The notes beneath the pieces were generated by a model that was given only the letters and a program-made list of their open reading frames with translations, was not told the DNA's origin and did not search any database. A DNA stretch of 64,000 bases, taken from the NCBI GenBank assembly GCA_045863395.1, contig BTVJ01000037.1, positions 1 through 64,000 on the forward strand, given 5' to 3'. Positions 56,415 to 64,000 of the stretch are shown here, piece by piece; positions within the stretch are counted from its first letter, which is position 1; each line of letters opens with the position of its first letter. The stretch is from Myxococcales bacterium. Lineage in GTDB: Bacteria > Myxococcota_A > UBA9042 > JABWCM01 > BTVJ01. Made by a program: the position numbers and the translations under genes.

Positions 56415-58121
56415 TCAGTCGAGGGGCACGAGGTGCAGCCTGTGGGCCGGTGAGGCGTCGTCAGGGAAGCGCAGCTCCAGGGCGCTGGCCCAGAGCGCCC
56501 CCTGAAAGCGTGCGACGGACGGGAACAGACCCTGGACGCCGTCGGCGAGGAGCGTCGTGGTCGTCCACCCCTCCGCCGCGCGGCGGGTGAGGCGCAGGTC
56601 ACCGGTGGTCTCGTCCCCGTGCACGATGAGGGGCTGCCCCGAGGCGCTCAGGCCCAGGGCGATGCCCGCACCGACCCGGTGCCCCCCGCCGTCGTCCGCC
56701 ACCTGCACGACGCCCGCCCCGTCGGAGGGGCCGGAGTAGTAGCGCAGGGCCCGGTCCGTGGCGTCCTGGTACGCGATGGCCACCGCGCCGCTCGGCAGCA
56801 GGGCGAGGGTGGCGAAGGCGCCGACCCGACCCGTGGAGGCTCCCTGGGCCGCCGCGTCTGCCGCACCGTCGATGAGCGCGACGGTCGGCGCACCGCTCAG
56901 CGGCGCTCGGGCGAGCTTGAGCGAGCCTGAGAGCGAGTCGTGAAAGGCGATGAGCGTGTTCGCCGCGTCATCCACGGCCATGGAGGGAAACAGCCCCACG
57001 CCGCGTCCTGGCGCCGCGAAGGCCTCCCAGTCGTCATCCGGCGGGACCACCCCCTGCGCCACGATACGAACGGCGCCCCAGTCATCGGGGGCTCCGGGGT
57101 TGGCGCGCGCGGCCACCCACAGGCCGAGGCCCGTGAGGCGCCCCCCCTCCGCAGGGCCCAGGTCCGCGAGGAGCGAGGCGACCCGGGGCACACCCGCCGG
57201 GTCGGAGGCGACGGCAAGGTGAGTGCCCGGGTCCCCGTCCGTGGCGAGGGTGTAGGCCACGGCCGCGTAGCCCTTGTCGGGCTTGACGACGGCGAAGCGA
57301 AGCGCCCGCTGCGCCTCGTCCCGGTAGGCCAGGTACAGGAAGGACCCGTGTCCCGCGGCCTGGAGCCACGCACCCACATCCGGTCCGGGCTCCGCCAGGC
57401 CATGGCGCGGCCCCAGGGGATCTCCCTCGACCGGCGCACCAGCGGGAAGCCCATCGATGACAAGCGGCCCCTCGGTGCGCGCCGCGCCGCCCTCGACCTC
57501 CCACCGCGAGACGACGACGTCCCCCCATGCGGCGTCGTAGGAGGCGTGGAGCAGCATCGGCCCCAAGGCGACCAGGCCGCCCCAGAACCCGGCCAGCCCC
57601 TCGGACACGGGCGGCAGGGGAGCGCACGCGCAGGTGTCTGGTGGGACGCAACCAGGGCCCGCGGACAGCGGCCCCGTCGTGACGCGGATGGTGCCGGGCT
57701 CGCAGGGGAGGGCGCAGTACCCGACCGCCTCGACGCACCGCCCGACGTCCGCCATGCAGGCGTCCGCAGGACCACACCCGGCGCACGGGAGGCCCTTGGC
57801 GCACACGCCGGCCACGCATCGCGCCGGCGCGTCGCAGTCTGTGTCCGCGGCGCACGCGGGGGGGGCGCAGGCGCCTCCCCGACAGACCTTCCCGGGGCAG
57901 TCTCCGTCCGTGGCGCAGGCGGGAGTGGGTTCGCAGTGCCCGTTGAAGCAGGTCAGGCCGGGGCAGCAGTCCCGGTCCTGGACGCAGGACGTGGCCACGA
58001 TGCACACGCCGCTGGTCCCGCAGGTCCAACCGGGCGGGCACTCGGCGCGGTGGGCGCAGGCGACGGGCGGTGGGTCGGGGGCCTGGCAGCCGACGAGGAG
58101 GAGCAGCAACGCAGCGCGCAT
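56415..58121 (-). CDS. Cys-rich lipoprotein with C-terminal beta-propeller-like domain
   Basis: MRAALLLLLVGC; CxxDxDC repeats; repeated IAY/IAF..LR/LK blades. Confidence 0.8.
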   Translation of the reverse strand: MRAALLLLLVGCQAPDPPPVACAHRAECPPGWTCGTSGVCIVATSCVQDRDCCPGLTCFNGHCEPTPACATDGDCPGKVCRGGACAPPACAADTDCDAPARCVAGVCAKGLPCAGCGPADACMADVGRCVEAVGYCALPCEPGTIRVTTGPLSAGPGCVPPDTCACAPLPPVSEGLAGFWGGLVALGPMLLHASYDAAWGDVVVSRWEVEGGAARTEGPLVIDGLPAGAPVEGDPLGPRHGLAEPGPDVGAWLQAAGHGSFLYLAYRDEAQRALRFAVVKPDKGYAAVAYTLATDGDPGTHLAVASDPAGVPRVASLLADLGPAEGGRLTGLGLWVAARANPGAPDDWGAVRIVAQGVVPPDDDWEAFAAPGRGVGLFPSMAVDDAANTLIAFHDSLSGSLKLARAPLSGAPTVALIDGAADAAAQGASTGRVGAFATLALLPSGAVAIAYQDATDRALRYYSGPSDGAGVVQVADDGGGHRVGAGIALGLSASGQPLIVHGDETTGDLRLTRRAAEGWTTTTLLADGVQGLFPSVARFQGALWASALELRFPDDASPAHRLHLVPLD

Positions 58122-60400
58122 CACGCCCTGCGCCGCAGCAGGAGCGCGACCACGAGCAGCGACAGCAGCCCGCCCGACGCTCCAGCGGAGCAGCCCCCCG
58201 GGGCGGCAGCGATGGCAGGCTCCGCGGGCGGGGTCGGCACCAGGCCGTCGCTCCCCGTGACCACCCGGACCTCCGCGGGGCTCTCGTCCAACGTCCGCCA
58301 GGCGCCGGGGAGCCGCCCCCGGACCTCGACGAGGTGCTCCCCGGGCAGCGCGAGCAGCGGGTGGGCCACGCGCACCGCGCTCGCCTGCGCGAAGGGGCGC
58401 CAGAGGGTCCCGTCCACCCGCCACTGGGTCTCTGTGAGCGGATCCACGGCGAGGGTCACCGCGCCGTCGCCGCCCGCGATCACCGAGGCCGTCGTCTCCA
58501 CCGAGGCCGTGAGCGCGCCTTCGGCCTTCGGGTGCAGCGACAGAACCAGCGCGATCCAGTCCTTGAGGGGGCCGTCGGGCGCGATGCCCTCGACGGCGGC
58601 GCTCAGCGGCAGGTTGATCGCGCCCTCGATGAGGGGGCCGAGGTCAGCCTCGAGCGACAGAGGCTGGCCGAGCAGCAGCGTCATCGCGAGCTCCACCACC
58701 ACGGGGACGATGCGCCCGAGCTCCGCCGTCGGCAGGAGCTCGTTGTAGGTCTCCCGAACCTCCGTAACCCCCACCCGGTCGAGGGTCAGGGTCAGCACGT
58801 TGGGCCCCACCACCACCACGGAGGCCTCCACCTCCACGTCCGCGTCGATCTCGAACACCCGCACCCACCGCTCCGCCACCAGGACGTACAGCGAGATGCC
58901 CGCTCCGGGGAGCACCACCCGCATCAGGCTCTGGTGCCCGTCCACGGCCGGGGGTGACAGGGTGGTCACCGGGAACGAGCCCGCCGTCAGGTGCGGCTCC
59001 AGGGTGAGGAGCAGGGGAGCCCGGTCCCCGGCGAGCCCGCGGAGCCCGGGCAGGAGCAGGTCGATGGCGCCGGACGTCAGGGTCAAGCCCGTCAACCGGC
59101 GGACGGTCTGGCTGTCGATCTGGAGGCACAGGACGCCGGTGGCCGCCGCTGCCCAGACCGCCTCGTCCACCAGCGCCTGGGGCACCGCCGCCCCCACGTG
59201 GTAGGCCCCGGACCCCTGGAAGGCCGGCGCAGGCCCGCGCGTCCACGACGCGAAGTCTGGTGGCGGCCCCATGGCTGCTGCACAGGGGTGGACCTCGGCG
59301 GCCTCGACTCCACCGTCGAGCGTCACGTTGAGGCCCCCCGCGAGCACCGCGAACGCGGCGGGGGCGGGCGCAAACGAGAACGCGAGGTCCCGCACCGACG
59401 GGAACACCTCGCCGAGCCCGGCCGCCACGCTCGCGAGGAGGTCCAGCAGCGGGAGCCTCCCGCCGATGCGCAAGGGCTGGCCGTTCAGATCGCTCGACAG
59501 CACGTTGGCGACCAGCTCGTTGGCGATGCCGAGCAGCGCCGGCTCGAGCTGCTCCTGGAGGGAGGCGACCAGGGTGTCCAGGTTGCCCTCCTCGAAGTTC
59601 AGGATGCAGACGGCCTCGCACTCGAAGCAGGGCTGGGTGTCGCCGTCCTGGCACTCGGGCGCCGTGGCGCACGCGGGCTCCGTGCGGAAGGCGGGCGGCT
59701 CGAGGGTGAAGCTGACAAGCTCCGCGCCCACCTGGAGCTTGCCTTCGAGGTCCGTGTCCAGCGCCACGTCGATGACCACGTCGGCGCCCGCCATATAAGT
59801 GGGACCGCCGTCCTCCCCGCCCTTCTGGTCGATCACCTCGCACGCCAGGTCGACGTCGGCCCTCGCGGTGCCCCCTTGCCCGCCCTTGAACGTGGCGCTG
59901 CCCGCGATGCGGCCGCTGGCGACCCCGATGCGCCCACCGCTGATCGAGATGCGGATGCGCGCCGGAACGGGGGGGTCATCGACCAGCTCGACCTTCAGAG
60001 CGTCCCAGTCCAGCGAGAGCACCATGTTCTGGAACCAGAGCTTCGCCTGCACCTCGATGAGGTCCGGGATCCCGAGCTCCGGCAGCACGATGGGCTCCGA
60101 CAGGAACTGGTCGAGGGGGATGAGGATGCGGCCGTGCTCGTCCTGCTCGAAGACCAGCGTGATCAGGTCGCGAATGCGCTCTGCGACCAGGTCGAAGCCG
60201 CTCTGGGTCAGCCGCACGCGGACGGCCGGGGCGACGAGCGCCGTGGGAGCCAGGTCCCAGGTGCCGCCGATCAGGTCGTCAACCGTCCCCTGGAGGCCGC
60301 CCTGGCACCCTCCGAGCGACAGGTCACCCGGGGTGCACCCGGAGATCACGGCGACGAGGAGCGCGGCGGCCAGCGGTCGATGGGGTCGGGGCGACGACAT
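58121..60400 (-). CDS. Large MYXO-CTERM surface protein (possible LBP/BPI-like fold)
   Basis: VAVISGC N-terminus; VRLTQSGFD; C-terminal GGCSAG-TM-RRRA. Confidence 0.8.
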   Translation of the reverse strand: MSSPRPHRPLAAALLVAVISGCTPGDLSLGGCQGGLQGTVDDLIGGTWDLAPTALVAPAVRVRLTQSGFDLVAERIRDLITLVFEQDEHGRILIPLDQFLSEPIVLPELGIPDLIEVQAKLWFQNMVLSLDWDALKVELVDDPPVPARIRISISGGRIGVASGRIAGSATFKGGQGGTARADVDLACEVIDQKGGEDGGPTYMAGADVVIDVALDTDLEGKLQVGAELVSFTLEPPAFRTEPACATAPECQDGDTQPCFECEAVCILNFEEGNLDTLVASLQEQLEPALLGIANELVANVLSSDLNGQPLRIGGRLPLLDLLASVAAGLGEVFPSVRDLAFSFAPAPAAFAVLAGGLNVTLDGGVEAAEVHPCAAAMGPPPDFASWTRGPAPAFQGSGAYHVGAAVPQALVDEAVWAAAATGVLCLQIDSQTVRRLTGLTLTSGAIDLLLPGLRGLAGDRAPLLLTLEPHLTAGSFPVTTLSPPAVDGHQSLMRVVLPGAGISLYVLVAERWVRVFEIDADVEVEASVVVVGPNVLTLTLDRVGVTEVRETYNELLPTAELGRIVPVVVELAMTLLLGQPLSLEADLGPLIEGAINLPLSAAVEGIAPDGPLKDWIALVLSLHPKAEGALTASVETTASVIAGGDGAVTLAVDPLTETQWRVDGTLWRPFAQASAVRVAHPLLALPGEHLVEVRGRLPGAWRTLDESPAEVRVVTGSDGLVPTPPAEPAIAAAPGGCSAGASGGLLSLLVVALLLRRRA

Positions 60401-60459
60401 GGGGTGGCAATCTACCACATTCGGGGTGCAGCGCGGGCGGCTGGATGTTCAGCGGGAGC

Positions 60460-61332
60460 TCAGTCCGAGACCCGGTTCCGGCCTGCGCGCTTCGCCGCGT
60501 ACAGGTGCTCGTCGGCCTCCCGGACCAGGTCCGACGGGCGCAGCATCGCCTCTCCGAGCACGCCCACGCCCAGGCTGATCGTAATCTTGAGCTTGTTGCC
60601 CTCGAACTCGAAGTCGTGCTCCTCGACGGTCTTGCGCACGATCTCCGCGAAGTCGCGTGCCCCTTTGCGGTCCGTCTCCGGCAGGACGATGGCGAACTCC
60701 TCACCCCCGTAGCGCGCGAACACCTCCTCCCGCCGGATCCGGTTCTTGAGGATGGTCGCGACCTCCTTCAGGACGTAGTCGCCGGTCAGGTGTCCGTACT
60801 TGTCGTTGGTGGCCTTGAAGTGATCCAGATCGAACATGATCACCGCGAGGGCGCGGGTGTAGCGCTTGGCCCGGCTGAACTCACGCTCCAGCGCCTCGAG
60901 CAGGTAGCGCTTGTTGTGGATCTGCGTGAGCCCGTCGTGGATGGTCATGCGGTAGATCTCCTCGTGGTAGGCGCTCTCGATGTTGCGCCCCGCGAGGAAC
61001 TTGAAGATGGTGTCGCCGATCTTGACCAGATCGCCGCTGGTCAGCCGCGCCCGCACCGTCGGCCGGTCATTGAGATAGGTGCCGTTGGTGCTGTCCAGGT
61101 CGATCAGCCACTTCTCGCCCTTCCAGGACTCGACCCGAGCGTGGCGCCGGGAGACGCTGTCCGTGTTCAGGACGATGGTGCTGTCCGGGTCGCGGCCCAC
61201 CGTGACCACCTCCACCCCCAGGTCATGCTTGGAGCCGATGTTGGCGCCGTAGATCTCTACGAAGCACTCCCCCCCTTCGATGGGCAGGTCGACGATTCGC
61301 TTGGTGGTCGTGATGCGTGTCTTGGCGTCCAC
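60460..61332 (-). CDS. FHA-GGDEF diguanylate cyclase
   Basis: VGR..SVSRRHA..DLDSTNGT FHA; DGLT, FDLDHFK, ARYGGEEF. Confidence 0.95.
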   Translation of the reverse strand: MDAKTRITTTKRIVDLPIEGGECFVEIYGANIGSKHDLGVEVVTVGRDPDSTIVLNTDSVSRRHARVESWKGEKWLIDLDSTNGTYLNDRPTVRARLTSGDLVKIGDTIFKFLAGRNIESAYHEEIYRMTIHDGLTQIHNKRYLLEALEREFSRAKRYTRALAVIMFDLDHFKATNDKYGHLTGDYVLKEVATILKNRIRREEVFARYGGEEFAIVLPETDRKGARDFAEIVRKTVEEHDFEFEGNKLKITISLGVGVLGEAMLRPSDLVREADEHLYAAKRAGRNRVSD

Positions 61333-61473
61333 AGGGGCTCCGTCCCGTCACTTCGCAGCCCCCGTGGAGCGAGGGTGGTGCCTTCGATCCTTCCGTGGCG
61401 CGGCTGATCCGGTGTCAGGCTGCAACTATACATGGGTCGACGGTTGGCGCAACCCAGCCATCGAGATCCAATG

Positions 61474-63177
61474 TTACCGCGGGGTTGCGTTGCCTGCGTC
61501 AGAGGGGGCCCCCGGAGCGATGGCGTAGATGGAGGCGACCGGAACCCCGAGCGCCGTGATCACGTGCTCCGGCCTCTGCTCCCGGACCGCGGCCGCGGCC
61601 ACGGGCCACTCGGGGCTCTCGGGCGCCCACAGGAGCACCAGGTGGTCCGCCGACTCCGGCGCTGCCAGGCGCACCTGGTGGCGGAGGACGCCCTCCGCGT
61701 GCAGCCGTCGGACCACTCGCTCCATCTGGTCGCGCCGAGGCAGCAGCGCGACCGACTCACCGTCCGGGACGGCGGCCAGCCAGGCGATCACCGGGCGCGG
61801 CAGCCAGGCGTCGCTCGCGAGCTGCTCGCCGTCCCGCGCCGCCCCCGCGGCGCTCCCCCCGAGCGCGCCGGCCCACACGACCCCGTCGGCTCCCGCCTGG
61901 ACCGTCTGCACGAGGCCCGGGCCCGCAAGGATGGCGATGGACGCGGCCATCAGCGCAGCACGTCGCCCGGGAGCGCTCGCCGCGACGGCGCGAACGGCAG
62001 CGACGAGGCCCAGGGCGCCCAGCAGGGCGGCAAAGGGGGCGAGGGGGAGCAGGCGATCGACGCCCTTGTAGTAGAGCGGTGTCCCGTTGGTGCCGCACAG
62101 CACCAGGACCGTGACGCCCAGCAAGGTGGGAAGCAGCAGCTCCACGGTCGCGGCGCGCTCCCCGCGGCTCCGCCACCGCCAGACGTCCCGGGCCAGCACG
62201 GCCGCTCCGCCCAGCGCGAGGACCACCACGGCCACGGGCAGGTGCTCGACCAGCCACCACAGGGAGGCCCCGAAGGGCGCGTCCGGGCCCGCCGCGCTCC
62301 AGCGAATGCCCCCGTGGAGCACCGGCTCCGGCGCCGCCGACAGGGGATCGAGCAGGTACTTCACGAGGAGCTTCCCCACGTCGCCACGTGCGAGGGGCCA
62401 GGCAGCGAGGGCGATGAGCGGACCGGCCGCGAGCACCAGCAGGACGTGTGGCGGCCATGCGCCCATCGTCACGAGCCCCCGCGCGCCAGCCCGCGGGCTC
62501 GTCGCGTCGTCGCCCCCACCAAGGAGCGGAGTGGTCGGTCGCTCGGCCGGCAACGCGACGTGCGCGTACACGAGCAGAGGGACGAGCAGGAACACCCCCT
62601 GGCCGTCCGCGGCGAAGGCGACCGCCAAGGCCAGCGCAGCGGGCACGGCCCACCGGCGGCGCTCCACTGCCGGCGCGAAGCACAGCGCCAGGGCGACCCA
62701 GGCGAGCGCGATCACCGGCTCTGCGGACGCGGTGATCGCCGTGGCGCCGAAGCGGGGCATGCCGGCCAGAAGCAGCCCTGCCGCCACGCCGCCCCACGGA
62801 CCGAGGGCTCGCCACCCGATGGCCACGGTCAAGGCCAGCGCCAGCGCGGCGCAGGCCAGGCCGCCCAGGGCCACCGCCTCGAAGGGACCGCGCCCGCTCG
62901 ACAGCGCCGCCCAGGAGGCGCCGTGCACGAGCTTGACCAGCGGCGCGTGGTGGTCGTGCAGAGACCACGCCGCCATGGCGCCCGGCTGCTCGGGGTCGCC
63001 TCGAAGCCATCGGCCTGCACGCGTCGCGCCCTCCACGTAGGCCTGCCCCTCGTGCGTGACCGGGGCGTCGGGCAGGGCGCTCGCCCAGAGGGTCGTCGCG
63101 AGGACCACCAAGCCGAGGGGGACGAGCAGCCACGGCGCCCGCGCCAGGAGCTGCGTCGGTCTGGGCAGCCTGCTCAC
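61474..63177 (-). CDS. Polytopic membrane protein, GT-C (ArnT/PMT-like) glycosyltransferase-like
   Basis: THEGQAY, HAPLVK, many TMs, DRLLPLAPFAALLGA; degenerate family motifs. Confidence 0.6.
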   Translation of the reverse strand: MSRLPRPTQLLARAPWLLVPLGLVVLATTLWASALPDAPVTHEGQAYVEGATRAGRWLRGDPEQPGAMAAWSLHDHHAPLVKLVHGASWAALSSGRGPFEAVALGGLACAALALALTVAIGWRALGPWGGVAAGLLLAGMPRFGATAITASAEPVIALAWVALALCFAPAVERRRWAVPAALALAVAFAADGQGVFLLVPLLVYAHVALPAERPTTPLLGGGDDATSPRAGARGLVTMGAWPPHVLLVLAAGPLIALAAWPLARGDVGKLLVKYLLDPLSAAPEPVLHGGIRWSAAGPDAPFGASLWWLVEHLPVAVVVLALGGAAVLARDVWRWRSRGERAATVELLLPTLLGVTVLVLCGTNGTPLYYKGVDRLLPLAPFAALLGALGLVAAVRAVAASAPGRRAALMAASIAILAGPGLVQTVQAGADGVVWAGALGGSAAGAARDGEQLASDAWLPRPVIAWLAAVPDGESVALLPRRDQMERVVRRLHAEGVLRHQVRLAAPESADHLVLLWAPESPEWPVAAAAVREQRPEHVITALGVPVASIYAIAPGAPSDAGNATPR

Positions 63178-64000
63178 GGTGCTCCCTCTCCGGCCGGAGC
63201 CTGCTCCACGACCGGGTCGATGCACACCTGGCGCCACCGGGAGCTCTCCGCGCTCACCTCGATGACCACCGTCCCCACGCCTGCGCGGGTCGGGACCTCC
63301 AGCGGGGTGACCACGGGCGTGCGTCCGGGCAGCGTAGCGCCCCCGGCGCGCTCGCCGTCGACCGTCACTGCGATGTGCACGTCTGCGCCCGCGCCCGTGC
63401 CATCCACCAGGGCCGCGCTCCCTCGGAGCGCCCGCCCCAGCGAGACCCGCGGGAAGGTGAGGCGCACGGCCAGGCCCTCCTGCGGGTGCGCCCAGATGCA
63501 CGACACGAGGCTGCCCCCTACCCGGGCCACGGCGCGCCCCACCTGCATCCAGCCGTCGGGGCCGCAGCGGTGGCGGCTCCCGGTCCACGGTGTGCACGGG
63601 ATCGGCGGGCCCTCCGGTGGCACCAGCTCCACGGTGGCCTCAGCCAGGCGGTCGAGCAGGCGCTCGCCAGCGACGAAGGGGCCGTCGATGGGCAATAGGC
63701 TCAGCCCGTCATGCTCAGGCCCGGGCGCGACCTCGGGGCGCCAGGCCCCCTCCGAGGGCGGGGTCGACAGGTCGGCGAGGGCGACGGCTCGATAGCGCCC
63801 GGCGAGGGCGCCTCGGTGCGGCGGTGGCGCGGGCATCACGGGGAGCGCGTCCAGCTCGGTGCCCAGGCCCAGGAGGGTAGGGCGCACGACCCCGAGCTCC
63901 CCCGGCCTCAGGGAACCCTTCAGCGCAGCCGCAAGCGCGGTCGCCTCTGTCGGATCTCCTGCGGGCCGGTTTGCGCGAGCGGCCTCGACCCACCCCCACG
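63174..64000 (-). CDS. Hypothetical protein, 5' end outside window; C-terminal beta-sandwich (NPCBM-like)
   Basis: Frame of 63174..63887 stays open to window end; CIWAHP motif; GTGA overlap with downstream gene. Confidence 0.7.
   Translation of the reverse strand, partial: WGWVEAARANRPAGDPTEATALAAALKGSLRPGELGVVRPTLLGLGTELDALPVMPAPPPHRGALAGRYRAVALADLSTPPSEGAWRPEVAPGPEHDGLSLLPIDGPFVAGERLLDRLAEATVELVPPEGPPIPCTPWTGSRHRCGPDGWMQVGRAVARVGGSLVSCIWAHPQEGLAVRLTFPRVSLGRALRGSAALVDGTGAGADVHIAVTVDGERAGGATLPGRTPVVTPLEVPTRAGVGTVVIEVSAESSRWRQVCIDPVVEQAPAGEGAP

Overview
Very GC-rich bacterial DNA, most likely from a Myxococcota-like organism (two MYXO-CTERM proteins, Cys-rich repeats, many lipoproteins with Asp/Ala-rich linkers). 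It is densely coding with about 45 genes; most other ORFs in the track are GC-rich shadow frames. Main blocks: (1) a tonB-exbB-exbD-exbD-TonB-dependent receptor-lipoprotein uptake operon preceded by four 11-bp-phased Pho-box-like repeats; (2) a Tat-exported LodA/GoxA-family CTQ oxidase plus its LodB-like flavoprotein; (3) chrA with a probable decayed SOD (chrC-like) ORF, several hydrolases and a frameshifted Cys-rich remnant; (4) a napD-napA-tetraheme napB-napG-like-hypothetical-porin operon lacking napC/napH, divergent from a tetraheme cytochrome c/NrfC-like/NrfD-like/Rrf2 operon; (5) a DUF4956-HlyD fusion-TolC operon with no recognisable pump; (6) a translationally coupled four-gene locus: ~1700-aa DUF4157 protein with JAB-like and PD-(D/E)XK domains, putative immunity protein, pseudokinase and Afp15-like double AAA ATPase, with no injection-system structural genes in the window (best candidate for an undescribed system); (7) an apparently inactive GH31, a Thr-type sulfatase-like protein, MYXO-CTERM/Cys-rich surface proteins, an FHA-GGDEF cyclase and a GT-C-like membrane protein. 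No rRNA, tRNA, CRISPR array or transposase was recognised. All family calls are from motif recognition by eye, not database searches; start codons were re-chosen using RBS and stop/start overlaps.
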